Below are positions 63,047-64,000 of a DNA stretch of 64,000 nt, in pieces. Origin of the DNA: Marsupella aquatica (lineage: Eukaryota; Plantae; Marchantiophyta). The notes beneath the pieces were generated by a model that worked only from the letters and a program-made list of their open reading frames with translations, was not told the origin of the DNA and ran no database searches. A program made the translations under genes and the position numbers. Numbering within the stretch: the stretch's first letter is position 1; each line of letters opens with the position of its first letter. The stretch covers positions 13,047,659-13,111,658 of the forward strand of contig OZ316898.1 of the NCBI GenBank assembly GCA_973895155.1, read 5' to 3'.

Positions 63047-64000
63047 TCATGAACTTTTCTTCAGAAACGTCTGGGGTTGTTCTGAATTAGTTTTCTGAGC
63101 AGGAGACTTTCCTCCTTTCTTGAATGAAGCCGCCCATTCGAAGTGGTCACAGCGTGTCTCTGGATTTGAAGAAGGTCCCTGGACATACGAGAAAAGTAAC
63201 TTTAAAAAACGTGACGGAGCAGCCGGTGACTAAACTAAGGACTCAGGGAGTCTATTTCTACAAACCAGTTCAGACATCACCAAATATCTTCAACGAACTT
63301 CTTCAGGAATCTTCCCCTTCACATAGGTTATCTCAATTGGCTATGAAGCATGTTTAATTGCATTGACGGATAAGGCGTGTAAAAAAACCTGAAACCTTGT
63401 AATTGACAAAACATTACCAAAGTTGTATAGAAATCAACAAATACATTGAGCGCAAACCGAGTTGTTATGAGACAAACCTCAGCACGGGCACAAACATAAA
63501 ATCCACGGCCAATGTTAGGACCTTGCTTCTTCACAACTCGTGCAACACAAGGTTCATCATGACCCTTGCAAAGAGGCACAGCTCTTGCCATTTTTTCCTT
63601 TATCTTACTCCAGGACGCATTTGCTTGCTTGGTCCCCTCAGCAGCCCGAATCTGTTCTAACTGCATTAAATGTTCTATGTCTAATTCGCCAGATCTCCAA
63701 CAATCTGAATCTATTTCTCTCTGATCATTGCACAGCTCGTCGCTGCCATTGATGGTCCCACTCGCTGCTGGATAAGATCCTTGACTATCCAAAACATCTG
63801 CATCTTGTCTAGTCCAGTCAACATTCTCACTTCTCAGATCGAATTCAGTTCTGCTCTGAGCTACTGCATCTGCATTTTCTGTACACAATCCTTCGCTACT
63901 ATTCGAATATGTTATCACCCTTGAGGGACTTCGATCCTCATCAGCCAATGATATCTTAGATTTTGAAGATGAGACAAAAAATGCTCGAAGGTCTTTTTGT
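63047..64000 (-). CDS. APE2: AP endonuclease 2, 3' part (runs off the window end); exons >64000-63478 and 63178-63047
   Basis: PIP-box QKDLRAFF at the window end, then zf-GRF PLCKGHDEPCVARVVKKQGPNIGRGFYVCARAE|GPSSNPETRCDHFEW. Confidence 0.88.

Overview
Eukaryotic land-plant genomic DNA, probably a bryophyte or liverwort (inferred from gene content and style, not proven). Host genes are an AMSH-type JAMM deubiquitinase, an At4g15545/NAIP-like coiled-coil protein, a GNAT acetyltransferase, an F-box protein, a dienelactone hydrolase, a two-exon uncharacterised gene and the 3' end of APE2. The centre (29826-49900) is a five-element nested transposon stack. A non-autonomous Helitron contains a short-LTR Bianca-like Copia. 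That Copia is split by a ~15.9-kb DNA transposon with an 8-bp TSD and short C(C/T)CGGGG TIRs, which in turn contains a MITE of its own family and a Tork/Tnt1-like Copia. The main discovery candidate is this DNA transposon. It encodes a ~1486-aa P-element/THAP9-like DDE transposase (two C2H2 fingers, AT-hook, PCNA PIP-box, possible C-terminal BAH-like domain) and a second gene with EDM2/NSD-like triple PHD fingers. Cognate ~295-bp MITEs occur twice in the window.
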